In this document: in pieces, positions 1 through 10,665 of the stretch | How positions within the stretch are numbered: position 1 is the first letter of the stretch | How the letters are laid out: every line of letters starts with the position of its first letter | Assembly: GCA_030390025.1 (NCBI GenBank) | Contig: CM059425.1 | Location: forward strand, 186,868,001 to 186,932,000 | Source: Squalus acanthias | Taxonomy: Eukaryota | Length of the DNA stretch: 64,000 nt | Reading direction: 5' to 3' | Made by a program: the position numbers and the translations under genes | Notes under the pieces: generated by a model | Database searches by the model: none | Seen by the model: only the letters and a program-made list of their open reading frames with translations | Told to the model about the DNA's origin: nothing

Positions 1-3000
1 GTCTTTAGAAATGTATGCTGTGGTAGGTTGTACATTTTCTTTCTTTTTTTTAAATCAGGCTTTCTTCCACACTGAGACTTTGTGTGGGGAATGAAAACAC
101 TAGAATGAAGCACTGTGCGTGTGTGCTTTTGACCAGCTGAAATGCACAAATCCTATTTTTAAAGGAAACTCAATTTAAGCATTGTGAAAAATGTTCTCAA
201 AAAGCGTATTCAGCAGGTTAAATAGATGCTTGAACCAGCATTTTAATTCAGCAGCTTGGAACATTAACTGGGGCGAGATCTTCAAATTGGATAACCTTTG
301 TTAGTGAAGAACAGAAGATCAGGCCAAGCGATAATTTGCCACTAAAGGGTATTAAAGGAGAAGGACAGCAGTAATACCAAAGGCTGCTTTGTGTCTGTGA
401 TGGTTTTTAGTACAGTGTGTCTGTTGCTTTTTTCCCTTTAATCCAAACTAAATGGTCTTGGCAAGTTGAACAAAGCCTTTGCATTTGAATGAAGGGTTGT
501 AAAACTATTCAGACATTAATGCATGGATTAAACGTGGATTGGCTGACAATAGGGCTGTTTGTATCATTTTTTGAGAGCTGAAAGCAAATTCGTGAGGGGA
601 GGGGTGATGCATTTCTCTGGGGTCACATGTCAGGATTGCTGTTTCATTTGTAGGTATAGCGGGAGATGTGAATTGTATCTGTTTTAGGTTTGGGCTAAAT
701 TGTTCAATTTTTCTAGCACTGGACAATTTTTAAATGCTGATTTAGAAATGGAACCTTTATGTTCACTGTGAAAAAGCTATAATAAAAAAACTAAAATGTA
801 TATAGAAACTATAAGTTAGTCACTGGAAAACAGACGATATAGCATACACTCTAGATAGGTATTTATTTTGCCATTGTTATACTGTAATGTGCAAATTAAA
901 ATGAGCTCTGATGCCTTTTAACTTTTTTTTAAATTTGCTTTGTTCAGTAAGGAACAGGATGCTTAGTGGCCCTTTGGTAACTGGAGAGTTTGAGACCATA
1001 TTACCCCGTCTTCCTCCTGCCGTTTCAATGTCTCTTTATTCTGTGTTCATATGAGTGTATGCTGAACTTGAAGTATGGTTAAAAACTCAGTGTTTGTTTG
1101 TATTTAACTTTCTTCCAAAAAGTATTAAATGTAAAAGAACAGATCTAGAATTCTATCATTGAATCTCTCTGTATTTTTACAACGGTTTATTCTTTATTAA
1201 ATAGACTGGAAGCAATTAAACCCTTTTAAGTGAAACTACCTTTTTGGTTTAGGATAAGTTGATTTTCAACAAAAAATGTATACTGCCAGTGAGCAGGATG
1301 CTGCAAGATCCCTTTCTTGTCTGTGGTGTAAAGGAGGTGTTTCCTCAAAGAGAACAGGTTTGTCTTGTAAACATCTTGATAGCTGTATTTTATCTAATTT
1401 GAGTCCTCTAATTGAAGCAGATGTGCTTGTACTGGTTTAGCTTTATCAAGGGGTGTATTTCATTTTTTTCAACCTTCTCCTGAAGCTTTCACATATGGCA
1501 CATTTAGCGCTGAATATTGACTAAGTGGATTTGCATTGACAGGTGAAGCATTTCATCAACTCCTTATTTAGGCCTCTGCTCTCAGTGTAAAGGTAGGGGG
1601 TGGGGGAAGTAATACACCACAGATGCAGTAGTTATGTCTATGTGCGTTGTACTGTATATTTCTTTAATTGTGGTAATTATTGCTTGTTACCGCCCAGATA
1701 CAACACCCAAACCTGACGGGACAACTCATTTAAATCCGCAGCCTTCCAGTAGTATGTCCCAGTACTACATCAGAACCCAGGCCCTGCTGGAATCTGTTTT
1801 CTCATTCTTTCACTGCGTTTCTAAAGAGATCATCCTGCTCTTTGTGCGCATTCTGCATCCTGCTGTTTGGCTAGTTGTCTGAATTTACATTTGGTGTCGA
1901 AATCCTAAACCAACCTTTCCCATGATGCTGTAGCAGATGCCAGACACTGGAGTATAAAGCAAGCAGCTGTTTCCATTACACCATCGCTATATTATCCTAC
2001 ACAATCTGTTTCCTCTGTAAGAACCCTCTTTGCTGACATTAGCATTCTCTCCTGGCTCTGCTCTCTCTGTCTTTGTATCTTGGGGTATGCCAGTGTATTT
2101 TTAATCCTAACGGCAACTCTTTATTAGATTAATAGTCTTCATACTTCATTTTAAATAAACAAATCCGGCCTCCCCTTCTGACTTTGTATGTAGATTCCTT
2201 CTTTGTCCTGCACCCGTTGCTTTTGGACAATCTTGCCTTTGTACGGCAATGTCAGAAGTGCATAGAAAGGCCCATTCCTCTCTTCCATTTTTATCTTCAC
2301 ACCCTTGATCTTTCACTATCCAATCTCCTGTTTTAAAATAATATATTACTAATGCACAAAGGGAGCTGTTCTACTTCCCAATGAATAAAATAACTGCACA
2401 CCATTATTTCACAAGAATAGTTGCAAAGACAGCGAAAGCCAGGAGAGAATTCTAATGTTGGCATGGAAGGCCTTTATAGAGGAAATTAATTGTTTAGGAT
2501 AATATTCTGATGTATTCAGAAGGCCTGTATCCAGTTTTGTTTAAAAAAAATACATTTGTGCAAAGTGAGTAAATGCAGTAACAGAAATAATTGGTATCTT
2601 GTATTTCAGACTATTATGAAATAATGGTGTGCAGATACTTGTTTGACTGGGAAACTGGGTCAGCTATTTGAGTATCAATACAGTTGGACAAACTCTGGTA
2701 AAATTAGTGTTTTTGTTTACTATTTGAAAATCAGCAGATGAGTATCTATGTAGCGGAGTTCTATCTATGTAGCAGAGTCCTAGGTTTCTTCCCAGACTAA
2801 AATGACCACCTTCTCCCTGCAACATTTTTGCTCCATTCCTAATTTTATAGAACTTAAACTTTAAAGAACAGACTCCTAAACATGGCATCAACTCTTGTCA
2901 AAAATTAAATGCACAGTTGGTGTGTAGGTCAAAATATTGACTCTGGAAGTTCGTGTACAGATTAACATAGCAATTATACAGTTTCAGTCGTAAAATGTTA

Positions 3001-3487
3001 GTTATATTTAAAAGCCAGGGGAGGCCTATTTTGATAAAATTAAAAGATTTTGAAAAGCTAGTGATGTTCCAAAGATGAAATTGTGTTTTTAAAATTGGAG
3101 ATTGGATAGTGAAAGATCACTTGGTTAAATGGACGACATATTCCATTTTACTAAAAATACCCAAAGCAAAAGAAACCGAGTTATTATTAGTCTGTAATGG
3201 GAGAAGTCATGTGTGATTAGTGTAACATTTTTAATTCCAATCCCAGGGTGCATAAATTGCCTCTGGCTCTTTAAAGCTGTCAGTTTTTTGCTTCCCAATG
3301 CTATCTCCTTTACTGTCATTCGCTTTGCTGTTTACAGCTCCTGCAGAATGCATTCATAAAATATGAGTAGTGCAAACATTCAAGGGTCCAGGGCAGCATA
3401 ATGCACAATGTACCTTGGGGTGGTGTTGCCTTGGATGGAGTTTAAGGGAAAAAAAGCATCTAGAGTAATCAAGTGTGGAGGTACTAT

Positions 3488-4279
3488 GGGGGAAAAACTG
3501 GGTATCGCCCATTTTGGGGCGCAAATATCGGCCGGGCGCAAAGTTTAGCGCCCGGCGCTAATTATCGACTCTGACTGCAAAATTCGCCTCTATCGCTCCT
3601 GGAGGTGATTTCAGCGCTAAATCAGGCGCTACACACCTCTCTTAAGGCGCTAACGTCGGGGAGCGAGGCGCTACCTCAAAACGCTACCGAAGCTCAGGCG
3701 ATGCCAGTTACCATGGAAGCCAGACAGACTGGCGCCATCCAGTTCTTAAAGGGGAGTGGACATCTTGATGGCCAGCCACACCCTGCTCATTGCAGCCTTG
3801 AATCTCAGCCTGGAGAGACCTCAAAAGCAATTGTGTTAGAAGCACTAATGGATAGGCCCAGGGAAAGAGCTCGGCACTTAGGAACCTCAAAAGTGGTGCT
3901 GAAGGCCAAAACTCCTTAGGACAGCTTAAAACCAAAAATTTTGCTGACAAGAAAAGGCAGGAAGTGCCCGCCTTTAAATAGCGCTCCCCTAGCCCCTTCC
4001 CGACTTGAAAATGTTCCCCATTACCTGTTGTTCCTAGCGGCAGGCGCTAAGGCAGGGGGCGCGACTCAATATCCAGTCCGGGGCGCTACCGGGACGTTAC
4101 ATGCTCGACTGATGTCACGATCTGCGGGCACAGAAGATTGTGGCAGCAGCGTTCAGCGTCGGCGCAAAACGACTGGTCAATTTCGTGAGCGGCACTAAAA
4201 ATCGCCGCGCTTGGGCAATAAGTTCCTAGCACCCCCGGAGGCTCTAACGGGAGGCGCTAACCAACCGAATTTTCCCCCC
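3488..4279 (+). mobile_element. Non-autonomous DNA transposon (PIF/Harbinger-type MITE), copy A
   Basis: TIRs GGGGGAAAAACT ... AATTTTCCCCCC; 3-bp TSD TAT/TAT; GC/CpG-rich in an AT-rich intron; homologous in inverted orientation to 4618-5506. Confidence 0.8.
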
Positions 4280-4484
4280 TATATCTTGCCCCGAGACATG
4301 TGATCCACAAGATAACCATAATACTGCAGTTTATTTTTCTTTCAGGGGATAGTATAATGCTTGCAGCAACAAGAGATTGACCATATTGATGCATTGCGCT
4401 GTGTATTAGTTTAGGGAGGGATTCCTAAGCGGCTGAAGGCATGGCCCCCAATAGTGGGGTGAATGGGGGGGAGGGGGCGGTGAT

Positions 4485-5760
4485 TTTGGAGGAAGTTGTG
4501 CTGAAGGAGGTTACAGAAATAGGGAGGGGCAAGGCAATGGTGGGATTGAAACACAAGAAAGATCATTTTTAATTTGAGGCTTTGAGGAAGCCAGTGTAGG
4601 TTAGCAAAGACAGGGGTGGGGGGGAAATTCAGTTGGTTGCGCCTCCCGTTAGCGCCTTAAGAGGGCGCTAATGGGGCGCAAAGCAACTAGCACCCGGGCG
4701 CGGCAATGTTTGCGCCACTCGCGAAATTAATTAGACATTTTGTGGCGGCGCTAAACAGTACCGCCACGATCTCCTGCGCTGGCAGATTGTGACATCAGTC
4801 GAGTGCGCAACGCCCCGGTAGCGCCCCGGAGTGGATATTGAGTGGCGCCCCGCCTTACCGCCTGCCGCTAGCAACGACAGGTTGAGGGGAGCGTTTTGCA
4901 GTCAGGAAGGGACTGGGGGAGCGCTATTTAAAGGCGACCGCGTCCTGCCTTTTTTTGTTGGCGACATTTTTGAACCACGCATTCTGAGAAAGAGAGAGAG
5001 ACTTCTGGAGAGATTCAATGCTGTGTGAAGGAGTTTTGGGTACTGAGCAGCACTTTGCAGGTTCATTTTGATTTGTCCTTCCTTGTATCGATTTAGAAGA
5101 GATTGTGGGGGCTGCACTCTGAGCTCTTTCCCTGGTACTCTCCATTGTTCTTTCCAGCAGATTTGATGTACAGGTCTCTCCAGGCCGAGATTCAAGGCTG
5201 CAATGAGCAGGATGTGGATGGAAAGCAAGATCAACTCTCCCCTTTAAGAACTGGCCGGGGCCATTGTGTCTGTGTTCCATTGCTGACTGACATCACATGA
5301 GCTTCGCCAGCGCTCTGAGTTAGCGCCTTGCTCCTCGGCCTTTGCGTCTTAAGACAGATGTGTAGCGCCTGATTTAGTGCTCCAATCACCTCCAGGGGCA
5401 ATAAAAGTCAAGTTTGCAGTCGGAGGCGATAATTAGCGCCAGGCGCTAATCTTTGCGCCTGGCCGATAATTGCGCTCCAAACGGGACGATACTGAATTTT
5501 TCCCCCAGGGTCTTTTGGGTGAGTAGGACTTCGATACAAGCAGCAGAATTTTGGATTAGCTGACGTTTATGCAGGGTGGAGGATCAGGGGCCGGCTAAGA
5601 GAACATTGGAATAGTTGAGTCTGGAGGTGACAAAGATATTGATGCAGGTTTCAGTGACAGATGGGGTATGGTAGGGGCAGAGGCAGGCAATATTATGCAG
5701 GTGGAAGTCGGCGTTCTTTGTGATGGAGAGGTTAAGGGTCGGAAGCTCAAATAGGATGCC
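4485..5760 (-). mobile_element. Decayed L2 LINE fragment split by MITE B
   Basis: 4485-4617 and 5507-5760 are reverse-complement homologous to the L2 at ~16600-17000 (e.g. ggaatagttgagtctggaggt vs acctctagacttgactattcc; gaaggaggttacagaaatagggaggggc vs gcccctccctatctctgtaacctcctc). Confidence 0.7.
4618..5506 (-). mobile_element. Harbinger-type MITE, copy B (same family as A, inverted), inserted in an L2 relic
   Basis: Begins GGGGGGGAAATTCAGTTGGTTGCGCCTCCCGTTAG, the reverse complement of A's right end; ends ...GATACTGAATTTTTCCCCC, the reverse complement of A's left end. Shared pseudo-peptides in the ORF track (QFLKG..HPAHCSLES.PGET). TSD unclear. Confidence 0.8.
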
Positions 5761-5875
5761 AAGCTGATCCCATGTCTGCAGAAGATGTCATCAAGGGTCA
5801 GCATGTAGGTCAGGAGGGGGTGGGCTGGTTTCAGGGAAGGATTCTTGACATACTTCCCAGGTGTTGGCAATAAAC

Positions 5876-6490
5876 AAGAAAGACCTGCATTTATATAGCA
5901 CCTTTCACGACTTCAGGATGTCCCAAAGCGCTTTACAGCCAATGAAGTACTTTTGAAGTCCAAAGATGTGCGGGTTAGGTTGATTTGGCTATGATAAATT
6001 GACCCTTAGTGTTAGGGGGGATTAAATACGTGGGGTTACGGGGATAGGGTGGGATATGTGTCGGTGCAGGCTCGATGGGCCGAAATGGCCTCTATCTGCA
6101 CTGTGGGGATTCTGTGATTCTGTGAAGTATAGTCACAGTTGTAATGTAGGAAACAGCAAGCTCCCACAAACAGCAGTGTGATAATGACCAGATAATATGT
6201 CTTTGTTATGTTGATTGAGGGATAAATATTGGCCAGGATACCGGGGATAACTCCCCTGCTCTTCTTCGAAATAGTGCCATGGGATCTTTTACGACCACCT
6301 GAGAGAGCAGACAGGGCCTCGGTTTAATGTCTCATCCGAAAGACGGCACCTCCAACAGCGCAGCACTCCCTCAGCACTGCACTGGAGTGTCAGCCCAGAT
6401 TTCTGTACTTAAGTCTCTGGAGTGGGACTTGAACCCACAACCTTCTGACTCAGAGGCAAAAGCGCTACCCACTGAGCCACTGGCTGACAC
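5876..6490 (-). mobile_element. Near full-length tRNA-derived DeuSINE (SacSINE1-like), interrupted by an HE1-like SINE
   Basis: Minus strand has A box TGGCTCAGTGG, B box GGTTCAAGTCC, Deu core AAAAGATCCCATGGCACTATTTCGAAGAAGAGCAGGGGAGTTATCCCCGG and tail GGTGCTATATAAATGCA(G). Confidence 0.85.
5960..6122 (+). mobile_element. 5'-truncated HE1-like SINE nested in the DeuSINE
   Basis: ccaaagatgtgcgggttaggttgat... core plus CR1/HER1-type tail gatgggccgaaatggcctctatctgcactgt..gattctgtgattctg; TSD TGAAGT at 5954-5959 and 6123-6128. Confidence 0.72.
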
Positions 6491-7447
6491 AGCAGTCCAA
6501 GATAAACTTGTCATTTTGAAATTCAAAATAATTAAGACTGGATACTTACCAAAAAGTTTTGCTAAAAATATTATCCGAGTATTTTTTATGTATGCATATA
6601 TTTAAAGCTTAAAATTCTCCTTAAAGTAAGCTGTGATACCAGGTTGTTACTTTGCTAAAAAAATACCCGAGATTGAACTTGTAAAACCTGCTGTAGATAA
6701 TGTACCATACTCCTGCATATTAGTTAACTGATAGTGCAGAACATTTGTACCGATAACCATAATCAGATATTTAGAAAGCTGGGTCTCTCGGAATTTTATT
6801 CCTTCCGTCTATCTTTCTTGAGTTGATGTTTCTCAGAGGACTGGGAGTCTTGGTCAAAAAGATGGTCGGAGGGCAAAGGGTTAAGTAATCAACACAATTG
6901 CGGTCATTACCTTGTCAACTTGATTCTGATGATGCTGTTCTTATCACATTGTAGTCATATGAAGCTGAAATGCGCTTATTGCCCTTTTAACCACACTAAA
7001 TAATAATAGAGGCTGTGAGCTTGCAGTTGGCTGGTAGCCAACAGAAGGAAAATATATGAATGGTTTAATTGTAGAGCAAGTCATTTGTTTACAGAGAGAA
7101 GGTCCAATTTGTTAGCCAAATGTTGGTTGGAATGGGAGAGGTGGGGGTGGGGAGCCGGAGAAAGAATTAGATGCTGTTGGTCCGGAAATGAAATGGCAGT
7201 TTCTTATCTCTGTTAAGCTGCCTCTAGTCCGTGCCTCTTCTCCTCGCACCCCCCAGTCAAAACAGGAGGCAAACGCATTCTTAAAGGGGAAAGGCAATTC
7301 ACTGCTGAGCACAGTAAGTGCCTTCAGGAGAACAAAGAGGCGGGGGATGGGAAATGGCAGAGTACCTTTGCAGGCTGACAGAAACTTGACAAGGCAAGCT
7401 GCTTCCAGACCAGTTGTTAGCAGAGTAGGTTCACAGTGGACCGAGTT

Positions 7448-7485
7448 GGGGGGGGGGGGGGGGGGGGGGGGGGAGGGGTTGGGGG
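7448..7485 (+). repeat. Poly-G tract (26 G) with flanking G-runs; G-quadruplex-capable
   Basis: G x26 at 7448-7473 followed by aggggttggggg. Confidence 0.85.
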
Positions 7486-8562
7486 CGAGAGAAAAACGTT
7501 TTAGTAAATCAAAGTAAATCCTCAGGAGTTGTGATTTGAACTTTGTGAGTGGAAAAAAAATCACACTATGTGCTGTAAATCTGCCATTGTTTCAGCATCC
7601 TAATTAATTAGTGACCCGTGTTAATGGGTAGCTAGGAGCTGAAGCGATTAATTTGCCGTTGCTTGACATTTTGTGAATTGCTGTTGGACCAGGCTGCGGT
7701 GTATTCTGTGTGATTATTTTGTTTCGTCAGGTGGACAGTTCCTGAGATTGCCGATGATATGTGAGGTCACTAGAAATGAACTGTAAATTCTGAAAACATA
7801 TAGATGTGCATCAAAAGCTTAATTTTACAGTCACGTTGAATACTTTAGCCTTATATCTCTGTAATTTCTTTTTATTTACTGATGGCGGGGGGTGGGGGGT
7901 GGAATTCAAAGACAGTACAGAAGCTGAACTGCAGTAATGCATTTCCTGCTAGGCATTGCTAACATCATTCCTTGCTGTAAGTTTTCTTCTGTGTTGTAGC
8001 GTCTGTGGAGGTTTGCATTTTGTAATTGGTTGCACTTCGCATACGCCACCATAAATCAGTGGCTTAATTACCATATGTAAGCATTAATTTGTATTGCAAA
8101 TCATTGCTGAGCATTTTGCAATAGTCAACTACCGCGGCACTGCTCTCTCTTTGGCGTTTTTACGGTTAATTGGAATGAAATGATTTTTTTTTCCAGAGGA
8201 AAAGCCTATCATTGTTACACATTACTGTTGTTGATGCTGCAAATGAATGTGGTGTCTATCCAAGCTGGATTGCACAATTTCAATGCTACATGTGTAAACA
8301 ATACTTCTTTTGATAGGCCCTTCTGTATTGTGTAGAATTTTTTTGTGGTTTTCCTGGTGCTGTTTTATATTTTCACCAAGATGGTTGCCAATTCAGCAGA
8401 ATTGACACCAAATTAAACTGGGCAGATGACACTTGATTGCGAGACCTGTTTCTACCATTAGATAAGGAGGGGGGTGAATGGGCAATGGAGCCCTGCATTT
8501 TGTATTTAGAAACCGAAGCTTATCCATCCATACTTTTCTTGCCGACTTCATCAAAACACCTG

Positions 8563-9167
8563 GGCCCAGAAATTCCTGGGTCCAGAGAGGGCAGAAAGCC
8601 TGATTTCCATTTGGGAGGAGGCCAGGAATATGGGGTGGAACCAGGCTATGACGGGATTCTGCCCCATTTGATGTGGCCCGTTGAATTCTAGTGAGGGGAG
8701 CATGGACGGATCTTCCACCCACTCACAACATGTTAAGGAAGCACATCTGGGAGTTCTCAGGCTTCCTCAAGAATTCTGCTTTTTACACCCTTGGTATGCC
8801 ACAGCTGAGAGCTGGCATGAGTCCCATTGAGGCCTTTAAAATGGCCCCACACCTTTGCTAAAATAAGGTAATCGATCCCAGAGGAGATCGATTACCTTAT
8901 TCTGAAGTGACAAAGGCCAAGAGCAAAGAGGTTTCTTTTTCAGATTTTTTTTATTCGGCCCAGAGGGTCTGGGAAGCATCTCGTGCAGAGCAGCTGTGGC
9001 CACCTCACCTTCTGGTAGGAGTATCAGGGCAAGGCGCTCACTCTGGTTCTGCAAATGACCCCTCCCCCGGGATGTGGGTGGAGTCTCCAGCTTTGGGCTT
9101 GTGGCAACTGGGTTTTTCGCACCACCAAAGTTGCACTGGCAGAGTGGACCCCAAGAATTGTGAGGCC
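8563..9167. mobile_element. Older Harbinger-type MITE
   Basis: Left end GGCCCAGAAATTCCTGGGTCC vs reverse complement of right end GGCCTCACAATTCTTGGGGTCC; flanks ctg/ttg (decayed 3-bp TSD). Confidence 0.62.
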
Positions 9168-10304
9168 TTGGTCTCCACCTCTGTAAACTGTAAATTTTAG
9201 ATGGCCTAGAGAACTGTGCATTTTGTGCCCTTGCTGGTGCTATAAAGAACTTGACATCTCTGCTGTCATTTACAGAAGCAGATCGGAGAACCTAATGTTT
9301 TGTGGCGCCTTTTTTAGTTTTGTTGGTATAGTCTATACAAAACTAAAAACCCATAAATTGGATTTTTTTTTTAATTGAACTTTCGCTTGGTAAATCCTGT
9401 CATTTGTATCTGTGCAAGCTTTCATTTCTGACATTTTAGTCAGTAATTGTATAATAACATGCAGTAGAATCAGTGAAGCTGCTTTAGTCGATTGAAAATG
9501 GCTCTTTAACTTCTTTTTATAAACATTTATTCTCTCTTCCCACCCCCACCCTCCCCCCCCTTAATACCCAGTGAGTGGAGTAACACAGAATGGAGGCAAA
9601 GCTAACAAGCATATGAAAAGTCACTTTATATATTTTTTGGTGAATGCAGATCTCCTCCTCTACTGCCTGCAGTAAAGGAACTAGAAAACCATAAACTGAC
9701 CAGGAAGAGTGAGTTTGATAGCTTTCCCAACCTTTGAAGCTGAAACAGGGTGGCAGAGTTTTCTGTAACTAAAATCCCATTATAGAAGTATGATTCAATT
9801 CTAAACAATACTAATCCTCCAGGAAACCCCCCAAAATACTGTTATTAACTCAACACTAAGAGCAGTATTAAGCACTATTAGTCACAAAATGGGCTATGTT
9901 GCAAGACTTACTCTGGCAGACTGCCATGATCAAATATGGTAATTGGACATTATACTGCACTTAAAATTACCCCAAACTACACAAACGCTTGATGTTAAGG
10001 AACACTTACTCCAAAATGGGAATAAAAACAAGGTGTAACTTATCACAAGTTTAAACATTTTTCTGTTCAAAAGGCAGCGGTGTCATAAGAGGCCTTGTAA
10101 TCAGTGATTAGATTGCGTTACAAAGGACAAGGACCATAGTTTTTTACGTTAGCGAACTCCGGACTTCTTGGTGTCGTTTCTCTTTGTGCATGTGTGTTTT
10201 AGAGAAGTGTTAACATTTAAAAAGTGTTGGCTGGTTCGGTTCAAGCACTCTTGTGGAACCAGGAAAAGTTGCAGATATGAACAAAAGGAACTCCTTTTAG
10301 GCTT

Positions 10305-10665
10305 TGTTCTACTGAGCCATACAGATCAGGAAAGTCTCAGATTCCATCTCTGGTCTGTGCTGAATTAACTGATCTCAGCTGGGATGGTCGTGCAAGGGGT
10401 GGGGGTATTGCCACAGTTTCCCTCAATGCTCCTGGGCTAAGGAGAGGGGCAATCACCCCCTAAGGCTTCTGCTTCTGACAGCAAAACATTGATTCTACCC
10501 ACTCTCCCAACCCCCCTAACCCCCTGATGAGTGGACATCAGATAAGGACTGGGTTGAACTGTGATGCCCTCATGTTCAAATAGCCTGCTGTTGCAACTAT
10601 CTGGGGTTGCAAATGAAGAATGAGCACTTGCGAAGCGTGGAACTGTAATCCTGTGTGAGTCAGTA
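10305..10665 (+). mobile_element. Old tRNA-derived SINE, family 2 (tentatively AmnSINE2-like)
   Basis: actgagccatacagatcaggaaagtctcagattccatctctggtctgtgctgaattaactgatctcagctggg head; homologous to copies at ~17490, 24335, 38450 and 40365. Confidence 0.62.

Noticed and set aside
2030-2330. Possible very old LINE endonuclease fragment on the minus strand (RRGGRICLF-like)
   Set aside because: Only one short motif; too decayed to call without a profile search.
3605-5300. Paralogous-looking short ORFs (HPAHCSLES.PGET / SLQAEIQGCNEQ) suggesting a small gene family or toxin-antitoxin-like pair
   Set aside because: Similarity appears on both strands and in several frames, as expected from DNA-level homology of two MITE copies; no splice signals or known domain.
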